Of a DNA stretch of 64,000 nt, positions 1-9,096 are shown piece by piece; position 1 is the stretch's first letter; each line of letters begins with the position of its first letter. The stretch is from the NCBI GenBank assembly GCA_964459835.1, contig CAYWPA010000004.1, positions 7,765-71,764 on the forward strand, given 5' to 3'. Made by a program: the position numbers and the translations under genes. Source of the stretch: an uncultured Methanosarcinales archaeon. Lineage in GTDB: Archaea > Nanobdellota > Nanobdellia > Woesearchaeales > UBA12501. Under the pieces are notes generated by a model, which saw nothing but the letters and a program-made list of their open reading frames with translations, ran no database searches and was not told where the DNA came from.

Positions 1-1
1 T

Positions 2-1543
2 GTTTACAAGTTCATAAAAACTTTTATGGCAGACAAGCTCAAAGCAGGCTCTCTTGATCTGGACAGCGTTGCAGCAGAGCTTATAGGAGAAAGAAAAAAT
101 AAAGTGAAGATAGAGGATCTGGCAGAAATCTGGGACAGGAAAGATAAAAAAGCAATTGAGCAGTTTTGCATGTACAATCTTAACGATGCAAGGCTTGCGT
201 TTCTTCTTTATGAAAATATCTCAAAATACATTGCAGAGCTTGTAAAAATAATATCGCTTCCTCCTTATGATGTTACAAGGGTAGGGTACAGCCAGCTTGC
301 TGAATGGTACTTAATTAAGCAGTCAAAAGCTTTCAATAAAATAATTTCAAGCAAGCCGGATGAAAAGGCCATTGCAGAAAGGATTTCCGGCAGCTATGAA
401 GGCGGCTTTGTTATGGAGCCAAAGCCCGGCATTTACGAAAATATATGCGTCTTTGACTTCAAGAGCATGTACCCAACAATCATTTCAAGCCACAATATCT
501 CTTTAAGCACGCTTAACTCGCACTGCGATGATTCACAGAAGGCATCTCCTCCAGGCATGGATTGCTGGTTTTGCCAGGGCAAAAAAGGGTTTATCCCCAA
601 AGTGCTTGAGGATTTGATCAAAAGAAGAATGAGGATAAAAGAGATAATAAAAAAGGAAGGGGATGATGTGCTTGAGCTTAGGGCTGAAATTCTAAAGTCA
701 TTGGCAAACGCATTTTATGGGTATTTTGCATATCCGATGTCAAGATGGTATTCGCTTGAATGCGCAGCAGCAACAGCAGCATGGGGGAGGCATTACATAA
801 ATCTGGTGGCTGAAAAGGCCGAAAGCTCTGGTTTTGAAATATTGTATGCAGACACAGACAGCATATTTGTTTCCATAAAAAGCTGCAGAAAAAAAGATGT
901 TTATGATTTTGTTGATAGGATAAATGTTGAGCTGCCTGAGCTTATGGAATTGGAGATTGAGGATTTCTACAAAAAGGCGATGTTTGTAAGGACAAAGGCA
1001 AAAACAGGCGCAAAGAAAAGGTATGCGCTGCTTTGTGGCAATGGCATGATAAAAGCCCATGGCTTTGAGAGCATAAAAAGAAACTGGAGCATTATTGCAA
1101 GGGTTGTGCAGGAAGAGGTTTTAACTGCTGTCTTAAAGGAAAATAATATAAATAAAGCTGTTTCTTATGTGGCAGGGATAATATCCAGCCTTAAGGATCA
1201 TAGTGTTCCTGTAAGCATGCTTATCATTACGACAATGCTGCAGAAGGAAGTGCAGGATTATGAGCATAAATCAGCGCATGTCATGGTTGCGCAAAAGATG
1301 AAAAACCTCGGCCTTCATGTAGGCCCCGGAAGCATAATAGAATATACCGTAGTGATGGGGGGCGAAAGCATTGCAAAAAGGGCAAAGCTTCCTGTTGAGG
1401 TAAGCAAATCAGACTACGATGCTGAATATTATATCAGCCATCAGGTGCTGCCTGCAGTGGAAGGCATATTTGATGTTGCAGGAATTGATATAAAGCAGGA
1501 GATTGAATCAAAAGAGCAAAAATCACTTAAAAGCTTTATTTAA
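2..1543 (+). CDS. polB: Family B DNA polymerase, polymerase-domain part; 5' end cut by the window edge
   Basis: Frame is open from nt 2, so the ATG at 26 is probably internal. Exo III-like YNLNDARL, motif A DFKSMYPTII, motif C YADTDS, KKRYA. Confidence 0.9.
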   Translation, partial: VYKFIKTFMADKLKAGSLDLDSVAAELIGERKNKVKIEDLAEIWDRKDKKAIEQFCMYNLNDARLAFLLYENISKYIAELVKIISLPPYDVTRVGYSQLAEWYLIKQSKAFNKIISSKPDEKAIAERISGSYEGGFVMEPKPGIYENICVFDFKSMYPTIISSHNISLSTLNSHCDDSQKASPPGMDCWFCQGKKGFIPKVLEDLIKRRMRIKEIIKKEGDDVLELRAEILKSLANAFYGYFAYPMSRWYSLECAAATAAWGRHYINLVAEKAESSGFEILYADTDSIFVSIKSCRKKDVYDFVDRINVELPELMELEIEDFYKKAMFVRTKAKTGAKKRYALLCGNGMIKAHGFESIKRNWSIIARVVQEEVLTAVLKENNINKAVSYVAGIISSLKDHSVPVSMLIITTMLQKEVQDYEHKSAHVMVAQKMKNLGLHVGPGSIIEYTVVMGGESIAKRAKLPVEVSKSDYDAEYYISHQVLPAVEGIFDVAGIDIKQEIESKEQKSLKSFI

Positions 1544-1544
1544 A

Positions 1545-1691
1545 ATGGCAAAGCGAAGAAGAAAAAAGAAAGAAGACCCGCAGAAAGTAAACAGGTCGCT
1601 GAAAGATTTCTTCAAAGAAAAGCCTAAGTTTATAAAGGATATAGAGGAGCTGACTTTTTCCCAGCTAAAGAGGCTTGTTAAGAAAAAATGA
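1545..1691 (+). CDS. Small basic protein (48 aa, MAKRRRKKK...)
   Basis: ATG lies 1 nt after the polB TAA. Its stop overlaps the next ATG (ATGA). Tight packing argues for a real gene. No family recognised. Confidence 0.45.
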   Translation: MAKRRRKKKEDPQKVNRSLKDFFKEKPKFIKDIEELTFSQLKRLVKKK

Positions 1692-2401
1692 TAAAGGCAA
1701 TAATTTTTGATTTAGATGATACTTTGTATGACTGCACAAATACCCTTACTCCTATAGCAGAAAAGCTTTCATGCAGGAAAATCATACCCTTGCTGGCGAA
1801 TTTAGGAATTGATATAACGCCTGAGAAATGCTATGATCTAAGGCAGAAGCTGTTTCCTGAACATGGCCCTTCTTTCAGAAATATTACAAAAGCAATGCTT
1901 AAGGAATTGGGAGTAAGCGAGGATAAGCTGGCAGCGATAACTGAAGAAGCACATACAAGCTACCACAGTGTCCATGTAGAAGGCATAAAAGTTTTTGAAG
2001 GCGTTCATGATTTGCTGAAGGAGCTGAAAAAGAAATACAGGCTTTACCTTGTTACAGGCGGAGATCCTGAGCAGCAGAAGAAAAAAGTACAGTTTCTTGG
2101 TATTGGTAATTATTTTAGAAATATATACTACCATGACACCGTGAGTGAAGCAATACAAACAAAAAGAGATTATTTTGGATATGTAATTGACCAGACAGAC
2201 TTCCATCCAGAGCACATCCTTGTTGTTGGCGACAGGCTTGACCTTGAAATAAGGATAGGCAGGGAGCTTGGTATGAAAACAGCAAGACTGGATTTTGGAA
2301 AATACAGGGTTTTAGCAGAAAGAGAAGATTATAAAGATAAAGAGGCTGATTATGTCATCAAGAAAATAACTGATATCATTAAGGTTCTTGAAAAGCTTTA
2401 G
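1688..2401 (+). CDS. HAD-superfamily hydrolase
   Basis: DxDxT motif IIFDLDDTLYD; C-terminal VVGDRLDLE motif. Confidence 0.8.
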   Translation: MIKAIIFDLDDTLYDCTNTLTPIAEKLSCRKIIPLLANLGIDITPEKCYDLRQKLFPEHGPSFRNITKAMLKELGVSEDKLAAITEEAHTSYHSVHVEGIKVFEGVHDLLKELKKKYRLYLVTGGDPEQQKKKVQFLGIGNYFRNIYYHDTVSEAIQTKRDYFGYVIDQTDFHPEHILVVGDRLDLEIRIGRELGMKTARLDFGKYRVLAEREDYKDKEADYVIKKITDIIKVLEKL

Positions 2402-2799
2402 TCCTGCTCTATTCCAAGGGCAAGATCGATTACTTCTTCTGTCCAGCCGACATCCATAAGCTCTTCTTTTATCTGGCTCTTTGGCTTTGCTTTCAGAATC
2501 TGCTTGTCAACATAAGTCTGAAGCTTGTCAAGCTTATTATGCGGAACGTGCACTTCATGTATTGCCAGCTCTATAGGCAGCTTTTTCCACCCAGCCTTTT
2601 CCAGCTTTTCTGTTATCTCTTCTTCCTTCATGCCCTCTTTTTCTAATTTTTCAATGCTATCTCTTAAATGAATTAAATCATATTTCTCAGGCTTTCTTTT
2701 TTCAAGTATTTTTTTCTTTATGGCTCTGGCTGCTATGTAGATTAGTATAACAAGACATAGTATGCCTATACCGATAAGCAATATCAACAGAGTTTTCAT
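2398..2799 (-). CDS. Single-pass membrane protein with two EEI..L...GW....I.LA motifs
   Basis: Start placed at MKTLLILLIG (internal Met of track ORF 2398..2916), because the upstream part of that ORF overlaps tRNA-Val. N-terminal TM helix. Confidence 0.6.
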   Translation of the reverse strand: MKTLLILLIGIGILCLVILIYIAARAIKKKILEKRKPEKYDLIHLRDSIEKLEKEGMKEEEITEKLEKAGWKKLPIELAIHEVHVPHNKLDKLQTYVDKQILKAKPKSQIKEELMDVGWTEEVIDLALGIEQD

Positions 2800-2818
2800 T
2801 TTAACCTCTTTTTTGGAA

Positions 2819-2891
2819 TGGGCCCGACCGGATTCGAACCGGCGACCCCCGCCTTGTAAGGGCGATGTTCTGACCGCTGAACTACGGGCCC
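2819..2891 (-). tRNA. tRNA-Val (anticodon UAC)
   Basis: Reverse complement GGGCCCGTAGTTCAGCGGTCAGAACATCGCCCTTACAAGGCGGGGGTCGCCGGTTCGAATCCGGTCGGGCCCA folds as a 73-nt cloverleaf with T-loop TTCGAAT and anticodon loop CTTACAA. Confidence 0.92.
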
Positions 2892-2913
2892 AATGGAAAT
2901 CTGGTTTTATAGG

Positions 2914-2927
2914 CAATATAAAAAGGT
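2914..2927 (-). promoter_or_regulatory. BRE/TATA-like box for tRNA-Val
   Basis: Minus strand reads AACCTTTTTATATT, centred about 29 nt upstream of the tRNA 5' end. Confidence 0.5.
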
Positions 2928-2949
2928 TACGACATAATTCACATATGCT

Positions 2950-3633
2950 TTACTTTCCACACTGCCTATTTGCAGGAACTGCTACATCCATCTTTTTTGG
3001 GTATTGTAAATTTAGGTTGTTCATTATTTCTATGAATTCCTCCTTACTCTTGCTTGCTAAACGTGGATTTAATTGTTTTTCTTCTCCAATTGTTGATGCT
3101 GCCAAACTTTTATAGTTATGCGCAGGATACACTAATGTTTGATCAGGCAATGTAAACAGTTTTTCATTAATATTCTTGTATAATGTTTCTGCTGATCCTC
3201 CTTGGAAATCAGTTCTTCCACACCCTCTGATAAGTAAAGTATCTCCAGTAAATACCATTCCATCAACATAATAGCACCTACATCCAGAGGTATGCCCGGG
3301 TGTTGCTAAGATCTTGATAGTATACTTTCCAAACTCTATTTCCATTCCATCACTTATTGTAATATCTGCACATTTTACTTCAGAATCACCTATACAAATC
3401 TTTGCTCCAGTTGCTTCACGAATTAAAGCTGAACTTGTAATATGGTCTGCATGTAGGTGAGTTTCTAGAACATACTTTAGTTTAATATCTAAATCCTTAA
3501 TTAACTGTACGTCACGTTCTAAGTGTTCTTTAACAGGATCAATAATTACTCCTTCTTTACTTTCAGGATCAGCCAATAAGTAGGTATATGTGCTGCTTTC
3601 CAAGTCAAAGAGTTGCCTGAAGATCAAAGACAT
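2950..3633 (-). CDS. Metallo-beta-lactamase fold protein, ETHE1/persulfide dioxygenase-like
   Basis: N-terminus IFRQLFDLESSTYTYLLAD, HxHxDH motif THLHADHITS, C-terminal ...AVPANRQCGK, as in ETHE1-type enzymes. Confidence 0.7.
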   Translation of the reverse strand: MSLIFRQLFDLESSTYTYLLADPESKEGVIIDPVKEHLERDVQLIKDLDIKLKYVLETHLHADHITSSALIREATGAKICIGDSEVKCADITISDGMEIEFGKYTIKILATPGHTSGCRCYYVDGMVFTGDTLLIRGCGRTDFQGGSAETLYKNINEKLFTLPDQTLVYPAHNYKSLAASTIGEEKQLNPRLASKSKEEFIEIMNNLNLQYPKKMDVAVPANRQCGK

Positions 3634-3687
3634 ATGGCAGGGTTTACAAAAGGCTGTTTAAGTAGTTTTCTGTTAAATTTACAAGCA

Positions 3688-3700
3688 AACCTTTATAAAG
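3688..3700 (+). promoter_or_regulatory. BRE/TATA-like box upstream of scpA
   Basis: AACCTTTATAAAG lies about 25-35 nt upstream of the ATG at 3725. Confidence 0.45.
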
Positions 3701-3724
3701 AAAATAATCTATTTTCCATATGGG

Positions 3725-4477
3725 ATGAGCGAGAGAATACTTGATTTACTGCAGAACCAGGATGAGATTAGCTGGCAGTCTATTATCTATGACCTTGTAA
3801 AGACAGAGCAGATGGATCCTTGGGATATTGACGTTTCTGACCTTGCCAGAAAATTCGTAGACAGACTTAAGCAGATGAAGGAGACGGACTTAAGGCTGTC
3901 TGGGAAAGTTGTTCTTGCTGCTGTTATTCTTCTGAAGATAAAATCCAAAAGGCTGATTTCAGATGATATTGCATTGTTTGACAACATGGCTTCTGGGCAG
4001 GATGAAGAAAGCTTGATGCAAGAAGAGCAGGAATTAAAGAAGTATCCAAAAGTAAAGGGAATAAGATTAATACCAAAAACACCTCAGCCAAGAAAAAGAA
4101 AAGTCTCTGTGTATGACCTTGTAGAAGCACTGCAGCAGGCCTTGGATGTAAAGAACAGAAGGATACTAAGAGAAGTCAGGATTCCAACAGTTGAGATTCC
4201 TGAAAAGAAGTATGATATTTCAGACTTAATGAGGCAGATATATTCAAAAATAGCAGGCCATTACAAGACAAAAGACAGTAAAATAACTTTCTCCCAGCTT
4301 GTGCCTAATGATTCAAGAGAAGGAAAAGTGATGACATTCCTTCCTTTGCTACATCTTTCAAACCAACGAAAAATTGACCTTGAGCAAAAAGAGCATTTTG
4401 GAGAGATTGAGATTAACCTGGCAGGAAAAGTTGTTGAAAACCTTGATGACATTAAGGAAGAGGATGCAGAAGCATAA
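3725..4477 (+). CDS. scpA: Segregation and condensation protein A (kleisin)
   Basis: N-terminal ...DPWDIDVSDLARKF... and C-terminal winged-helix-like region typical of ScpA. Confidence 0.75.
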   Translation: MSERILDLLQNQDEISWQSIIYDLVKTEQMDPWDIDVSDLARKFVDRLKQMKETDLRLSGKVVLAAVILLKIKSKRLISDDIALFDNMASGQDEESLMQEEQELKKYPKVKGIRLIPKTPQPRKRKVSVYDLVEALQQALDVKNRRILREVRIPTVEIPEKKYDISDLMRQIYSKIAGHYKTKDSKITFSQLVPNDSREGKVMTFLPLLHLSNQRKIDLEQKEHFGEIEINLAGKVVENLDDIKEEDAEA

Positions 4478-4482
4478 TTCTG

Positions 4483-5157
4483 ATGGAAGAGCACATATTA
4501 ATAACTAATTTTAATGGCAACCCTAATATAGGGCTTTATGGCTTTGCTAATGACAAGTTTTGCCTGCTTGGGAAAGAAGTCCCGCAAAAAATAGCGCATA
4601 AGATTGAAAAAGCTCTTAAAGTACCTGTTCATCAGGTTACTATTTGCGGAACATCATTGATTGGCGCGTTCTGTGCAGGAAATTCAAAATGCCTTCTGCT
4701 GCCAAGCATTGTTTTTGAAGAAGAGCTAAAGGTTTTGGATAATCTGAACATAAATTATAGGCTTATAGGGACAAAGCTGACAGCATTGGGCAATAATATA
4801 TTATGCAATGACAACGGCGCATTGGTTAATCCTGATTTTTCAGCTGATACAAAAAAGAGGATAAGGCAGGCATTGGGTGTAAGCTTAAAGCCAGGTGAAA
4901 TTGCAGGCATAAATACAGTTGGCAGCCTTGGGATAATAAACAAAAAAGGATGCCTGATCCATAGGGATGCTGCAGAGTTTGAAATAAACTTTATAAAGGA
5001 TTTGCTTAAAGTTCCTGTATATACAGGCACTGTCAATATGGCCAATCCTTATATTGGCTCAGGAGTCTTGTGCAACAGCAAAGGCTTTGTTGTCGGGGAT
5101 GCTTCCGGAGGACCGGAAATAGCCAATATTGACGAGGCTTTGGGCTTTTTGGGGTGA
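4483..5157 (+). CDS. eif6: Translation initiation factor 6 (aIF6)
   Basis: NFNGNPNIGLYGFANDKFCLLG and five-fold repeat character. Sits in the conserved aIF6-pfdA-ftsY neighbourhood. Confidence 0.9.
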   Translation: MEEHILITNFNGNPNIGLYGFANDKFCLLGKEVPQKIAHKIEKALKVPVHQVTICGTSLIGAFCAGNSKCLLLPSIVFEEELKVLDNLNINYRLIGTKLTALGNNILCNDNGALVNPDFSADTKKRIRQALGVSLKPGEIAGINTVGSLGIINKKGCLIHRDAAEFEINFIKDLLKVPVYTGTVNMANPYIGSGVLCNSKGFVVGDASGGPEIANIDEALGFLG

Positions 5158-5161
5158 AAAT

Positions 5162-5323
5162 ATGCTGAGTGAAAAGGAAAAAGAATTATTGAAATTGTTG
5201 GTTAAGGAAGAAATTGAGAAACTTGAAAATGAGGAAAGCACTATTGTTGAAGCAGACGGGTTTTTGGAATTAGGGATTGACGATTACGAAGAAGCTTTGA
5301 GGAATTTATTAAAAAAACTGTAA
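5162..5323 (+). CDS. Small acidic protein (53 aa)
   Basis: Begins 4 nt after the aIF6 stop and ends 1 nt before the pfdA ATG. Occupies the slot where archaea usually encode r-protein LX, but has no LX-like sequence. Confidence 0.5.
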   Translation: MLSEKEKELLKLLVKEEIEKLENEESTIVEADGFLELGIDDYEEALRNLLKKL

Positions 5324-5324
5324 A

Positions 5325-5744
5325 ATGGAAAAAACATTGAATGAAAAAGCACTTCAGGCAAAATACATGGAAATGCAGATGCTGGACCAGCAGATAAGGC
5401 ATCTCAGTCAGCAGCTTCAGGCTTTGGATGTCCAGACAATGGAGCTTAGGGCAGTTGTTGGCAGCCTTGATGAGTTGGCTGAGGTTAGAGAAGGCACTGA
5501 AATTCTTGTGCCTATAAGCGGCGGAATATTCGTAAAGGCAGAAATAAAAAATACAAAGAATTTGTTTGTTAATGTAGGCTCAAGTACAAATGTTAAAAAG
5601 TCAGTTCCCGACACAAAGAAGCTTATAGAGGACCAGATAGTTGAGATGCAAAATCACAGGGAAGATGTCCTTAAGCATGTTGAAGAGCTGACAGGCAAGG
5701 CAATGGAAATAGAGCACGAGCTTATGGAACTGTCAGTGAAATGA
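5325..5744 (+). CDS. pfdA: Prefoldin alpha subunit
   Basis: Coiled coils flank the two beta-hairpin segments ILVPISGGIFVKAEI / LFVNVGSSTNVKK. Confidence 0.85.
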   Translation: MEKTLNEKALQAKYMEMQMLDQQIRHLSQQLQALDVQTMELRAVVGSLDELAEVREGTEILVPISGGIFVKAEIKNTKNLFVNVGSSTNVKKSVPDTKKLIEDQIVEMQNHREDVLKHVEELTGKAMEIEHELMELSVK

Positions 5745-6874
5745 AGAATATCGATAAAGACGTAACAATTCTTGCAGCTGCGTTCGGATTATTATTTTTT
5801 GCGTATGCTTCAAGCGAAGCTCATTTGACAGCCACTTTTAGGCTACAGGGCCATACTGATTTTGCGCTTATCTCTTTGGTTTTAATTTACGGATTTTTTA
5901 CAATTACAAACCTGGTTGCACCAACTATCATATCTTATATCGGCCTGAAGAAATCAATGTTTTTTGCAGGCCTAGTGTATTCTGCTTTTATCTTTTCAAT
6001 CACTTTTGGCAACAGGCTTGTTATGTATGGATTTGCAGCTTTGCTTGGGATGTCAGCCGCTTTGCTATGGACAAGCCAGGGAGCCTATTTGCTGAAAGCA
6101 GCAAGCAAAAAGCATTATGGCGAAAATGCAGGATTTTTTACATCTGCTAGATTTATAGGCACAATTGCAGGCTTGCTTATTTTTAGTTATTTATTAAACT
6201 TTTTAGCTGTTACCAATGTTTATTTGATTTATTCTATTGTTTGTCTTGCCGGAGCTTTTATTTTATTGAAACTAGGGCAAAAAAAAGTTGAAATAAAGAG
6301 AAAACCCATAAAAGATATAGGTTTAGTGTGTAAATATAAGAAAATATGGCCTCTAGTCTTGCTTTATTTTTCCTCTTATTTGGTTTTAGGTGTTGGTATT
6401 ACAATCCTTCCATTGAAGGTTTCTGAAAGCTTTGGAATAGAAATGATCGGCAAGATTAGTTTTTTGCTTTATCTTGTACCTATGTTAACAGCATACATTT
6501 TTGGAAAACTTTCTGATAGGTTTAACAGGCAGATGTTTTTTTATCTAGGTATCTTATTGAATATATTTGCAATTCTTATATTGCTTAACACGACAACAAT
6601 GTTATGGTTTATTATTGCTGCTTTAAGCATGGCAGCATATATGTCAATGCCTCAGTTTATCGGCCTTGCTTTAATAGGGGATATGTTTGACAGAAAAGAG
6701 CATGAAAGTGTTATTGCTTTCTTATGGATATTTTCTGCACTGGCTATATTGGCTGTTCCTTTAACTGCTTTATTTTTGCCTCTGGACACAATACTGGGTG
6801 TTGTGTTAATATTCTCGATTTTGGCTTTTATAGCATTTCAGAGCTTTGTTAAAAGGCATATTAAGAGAGCATAA
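5741..6874 (+). CDS. MFS-type transporter (UNC93-like)
   Basis: About 11-12 predicted TM helices. ATGA overlap with pfdA. Confidence 0.6.
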   Translation: MKNIDKDVTILAAAFGLLFFAYASSEAHLTATFRLQGHTDFALISLVLIYGFFTITNLVAPTIISYIGLKKSMFFAGLVYSAFIFSITFGNRLVMYGFAALLGMSAALLWTSQGAYLLKAASKKHYGENAGFFTSARFIGTIAGLLIFSYLLNFLAVTNVYLIYSIVCLAGAFILLKLGQKKVEIKRKPIKDIGLVCKYKKIWPLVLLYFSSYLVLGVGITILPLKVSESFGIEMIGKISFLLYLVPMLTAYIFGKLSDRFNRQMFFYLGILLNIFAILILLNTTTMLWFIIAALSMAAYMSMPQFIGLALIGDMFDRKEHESVIAFLWIFSALAILAVPLTALFLPLDTILGVVLIFSILAFIAFQSFVKRHIKRA

Positions 6875-6876
6875 GT

Positions 6877-6887
6877 TTTATAAAGGA
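6877..6887 (+). promoter_or_regulatory. TATA-like box upstream of ftsY
   Basis: TTTTATAAAGG lies 20-30 nt upstream of the ATG at 6907. Confidence 0.4.
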
Positions 6888-6906
6888 TATTTCTGTTATT
6901 TGCAAT

Positions 6907-8067
6907 ATGTTCAAGTTTTTTAAGGAAAAGCTGAAGGGAGCAGTAGAGAAGTTCTCAAAGGATATAGACAAGGCTGCCAAGGACGAGGTAGCTGAAAAAA
7001 CAGCTGAAAAGCCGAAGAAGAAGGCAGGTAAAAAGGAAAAAATTGTTGAGAAAAAACTGCCAGAAGAAAAAAAACAAAAAGAGAAAAAAGAAATAAAAAA
7101 AGAAGAAAAAAAAGGCTTTTTTGGAAAGCTAAAGGAAAGGATAACTGCAGAAAAAGCTGAAGAAAAAGAAGAGGCTGCTGAAGCAAAAGAAAAAAAAGGG
7201 ATTCTTGAGTCTGTAAGGGAAAAGATAACTACAAAAGTCCTTTCTGAGAAGCAGTTTGACGAGCTGTTCTGGGAGCTTGAGGTTGTTTTGCTTGAAAATA
7301 ATGTTGCTGTTGATGCTATTGAGAAGATAAAAGATGATTTGAAAAAATCAATTGTTGAAAAAAGAATACAAAGAGGACAAGTTCAGAATACAATAGAAGA
7401 AGCATTGAAGCAATCAATAGATGGCCTTTTTTCTGTAAAAGGGATAAATATCTTTGACGAAATTAAAAAGAAAAAGCCATATGTTATTGTTTTTGTGGGA
7501 GTAAATGGAAGCGGAAAGACGACCACTATTGCAAAGATTGCAAGGCTATTGCTTGATAAGAAAAAAACAGTTGTTCTTGCTGCAGGCGATACATTCAGGG
7601 CTGCCGCAATACAGCAGCTTCAGGAGCACGCAGACAAGCTTGGAGTAAAGCTGATAAAGCATGATTACGGCTCTGATCCAGCTGCTGTTGCATTTGATGC
7701 AATAAAATATGCAGAGGCAAAAAAGATAGATGCTGTTTTAATAGACACAGCAGGAAGGCAGCATGCAAATGTTAACCTGATGGATGAGATGAAGAAGATC
7801 ATAAGGGTTGCAAAGCCTGACTTAAAGATCTTCATAGGAGAGTCAATAACAGGAAACGACTGCATTGAGCAGGCGCAGAGCTTTGACAAGGCTGTTGATA
7901 TTGACGGCATAATATTGACAAAAGCAGATGTGGATGAGAAAGGAGGAGCAGCTGTCTCTGTTTCTTACGTAACAAAAAAGCCAATAATTTTTATCGGCAT
8001 GGGCCAGAAGCACACTGACTTAAAGGAATTCGACAAAAGCATCATCCTCAGAAGCCTTGGGTTCTGA
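6907..8067 (+). CDS. ftsY: Signal recognition particle receptor FtsY
   Basis: K/E-rich N-terminal domain, then an SRP GTPase: GVNGSGKTTTIAK, DTAGR, TKADV. Confidence 0.95.
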   Translation: MFKFFKEKLKGAVEKFSKDIDKAAKDEVAEKTAEKPKKKAGKKEKIVEKKLPEEKKQKEKKEIKKEEKKGFFGKLKERITAEKAEEKEEAAEAKEKKGILESVREKITTKVLSEKQFDELFWELEVVLLENNVAVDAIEKIKDDLKKSIVEKRIQRGQVQNTIEEALKQSIDGLFSVKGINIFDEIKKKKPYVIVFVGVNGSGKTTTIAKIARLLLDKKKTVVLAAGDTFRAAAIQQLQEHADKLGVKLIKHDYGSDPAAVAFDAIKYAEAKKIDAVLIDTAGRQHANVNLMDEMKKIIRVAKPDLKIFIGESITGNDCIEQAQSFDKAVDIDGIILTKADVDEKGGAAVSVSYVTKKPIIFIGMGQKHTDLKEFDKSIILRSLGF

Positions 8068-8994
8068 TCGCTGCTGTACTGTTAACCTATCTTCATCTTC
8101 AATTTTTTTTGGCCTTTCCACCCTTTCTACCAAAACAGATTCCATAGAAAATGGAGCTTTCTTATCGTCCTTTGGGATTACTTTAATCTCTATTGAAATC
8201 ACTCTTTTTTCTTCACCAGACCCATTTACAGATACTTCAGAAATAAACCTTCTTTGCGGAGCTTGCTTATAATCGATGATTGATCTTAATAGTGCAATTT
8301 CTCCGAGTGTCTTTATCTCTTCATCTTCAATTTTGCCTTTGTTTTTTTCTCTTCTTTCCTTAAATCTTCGCTGCTTCTTCTCAAGCTCTGCAAGCTTCTT
8401 TGCAGCATATTTTGGCACATTAATTGGGTCATAAAGCATAATCTTGTTTTCAGCTACATAACCTATCCCAAAATTAAACCTTTTTACATGATCTTTTATT
8501 TTTTCGTAAACATCTTTTTTTGTATTGAACAGCAAGTAAAATCTTCCTGCTTCATAATAAATTTTTATTGCAAAAGGTGAGCCTCTTTCATTATAGTCTC
8601 TGCATTCAAATTTTACAGATTCACTGCTCATTTCAGTTTTCCCCCTACTTCTAAAATACTTTTTGTTTATATCTTTTAAAATTTTATGCAGATCTTTTCC
8701 ATGAAATCTTCTGTCGATATACTCAACGCCATATCTACAACCATGGGCTTCTTCGTATCCTTCTGTAGGCAAAGGAAAATAAGCTGTTTTCCTTTCGCTG
8801 CCAAATAAGGATGGCTTTTGATTTACGCCTAACATTGCAAGAATAGTGCCTTCAAGTGGAGACATGTCATTGCTGTTTATTATGGCCTCTCTTTGCTCCT
8901 TGGATAGTTTTGGAAGCAAGGCATAGCCCATGCCGTGCAATAGAAAATTTTCAATGCCTTTGGTATTGCCTGCGTTCGGTTGCTTTATTTTCAT
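8020..8994 (-). CDS. Hypothetical protein (324 aa)
   Basis: Long ORF with no recognisable motif. Its 3' end overlaps the ftsY 3' end by 48 nt (convergent). Confidence 0.55.
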   Translation of the reverse strand: MKIKQPNAGNTKGIENFLLHGMGYALLPKLSKEQREAIINSNDMSPLEGTILAMLGVNQKPSLFGSERKTAYFPLPTEGYEEAHGCRYGVEYIDRRFHGKDLHKILKDINKKYFRSRGKTEMSSESVKFECRDYNERGSPFAIKIYYEAGRFYLLFNTKKDVYEKIKDHVKRFNFGIGYVAENKIMLYDPINVPKYAAKKLAELEKKQRRFKERREKNKGKIEDEEIKTLGEIALLRSIIDYKQAPQRRFISEVSVNGSGEEKRVISIEIKVIPKDDKKAPFSMESVLVERVERPKKIEDEDRLTVQQRSEPKASEDDAFVEFL

Positions 8995-9096
8995 GGAAAG
9001 TAGGGATATTAATACAATATTTATAAATTTTCCCCACTTTGTAGTAGCTTTCTTTTTTCAAAAAGCTTTTTAAACTACAGCTTATTTCTTAATTTT

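Noticed and set aside
2800-2916. N-terminal 39 codons of track ORF 2398..2916
   Set aside because: This stretch is the reverse complement of tRNA-Val and its leader. The real CDS starts at the internal Met (2799), where the TM helix begins.
6990-7200. Purine-rich AAG/GAA repetitive tract considered as a repeat array
   Set aside because: It encodes the K/E-rich N-terminal acidic/basic domain of FtsY in frame. There is no spacer/repeat periodicity.
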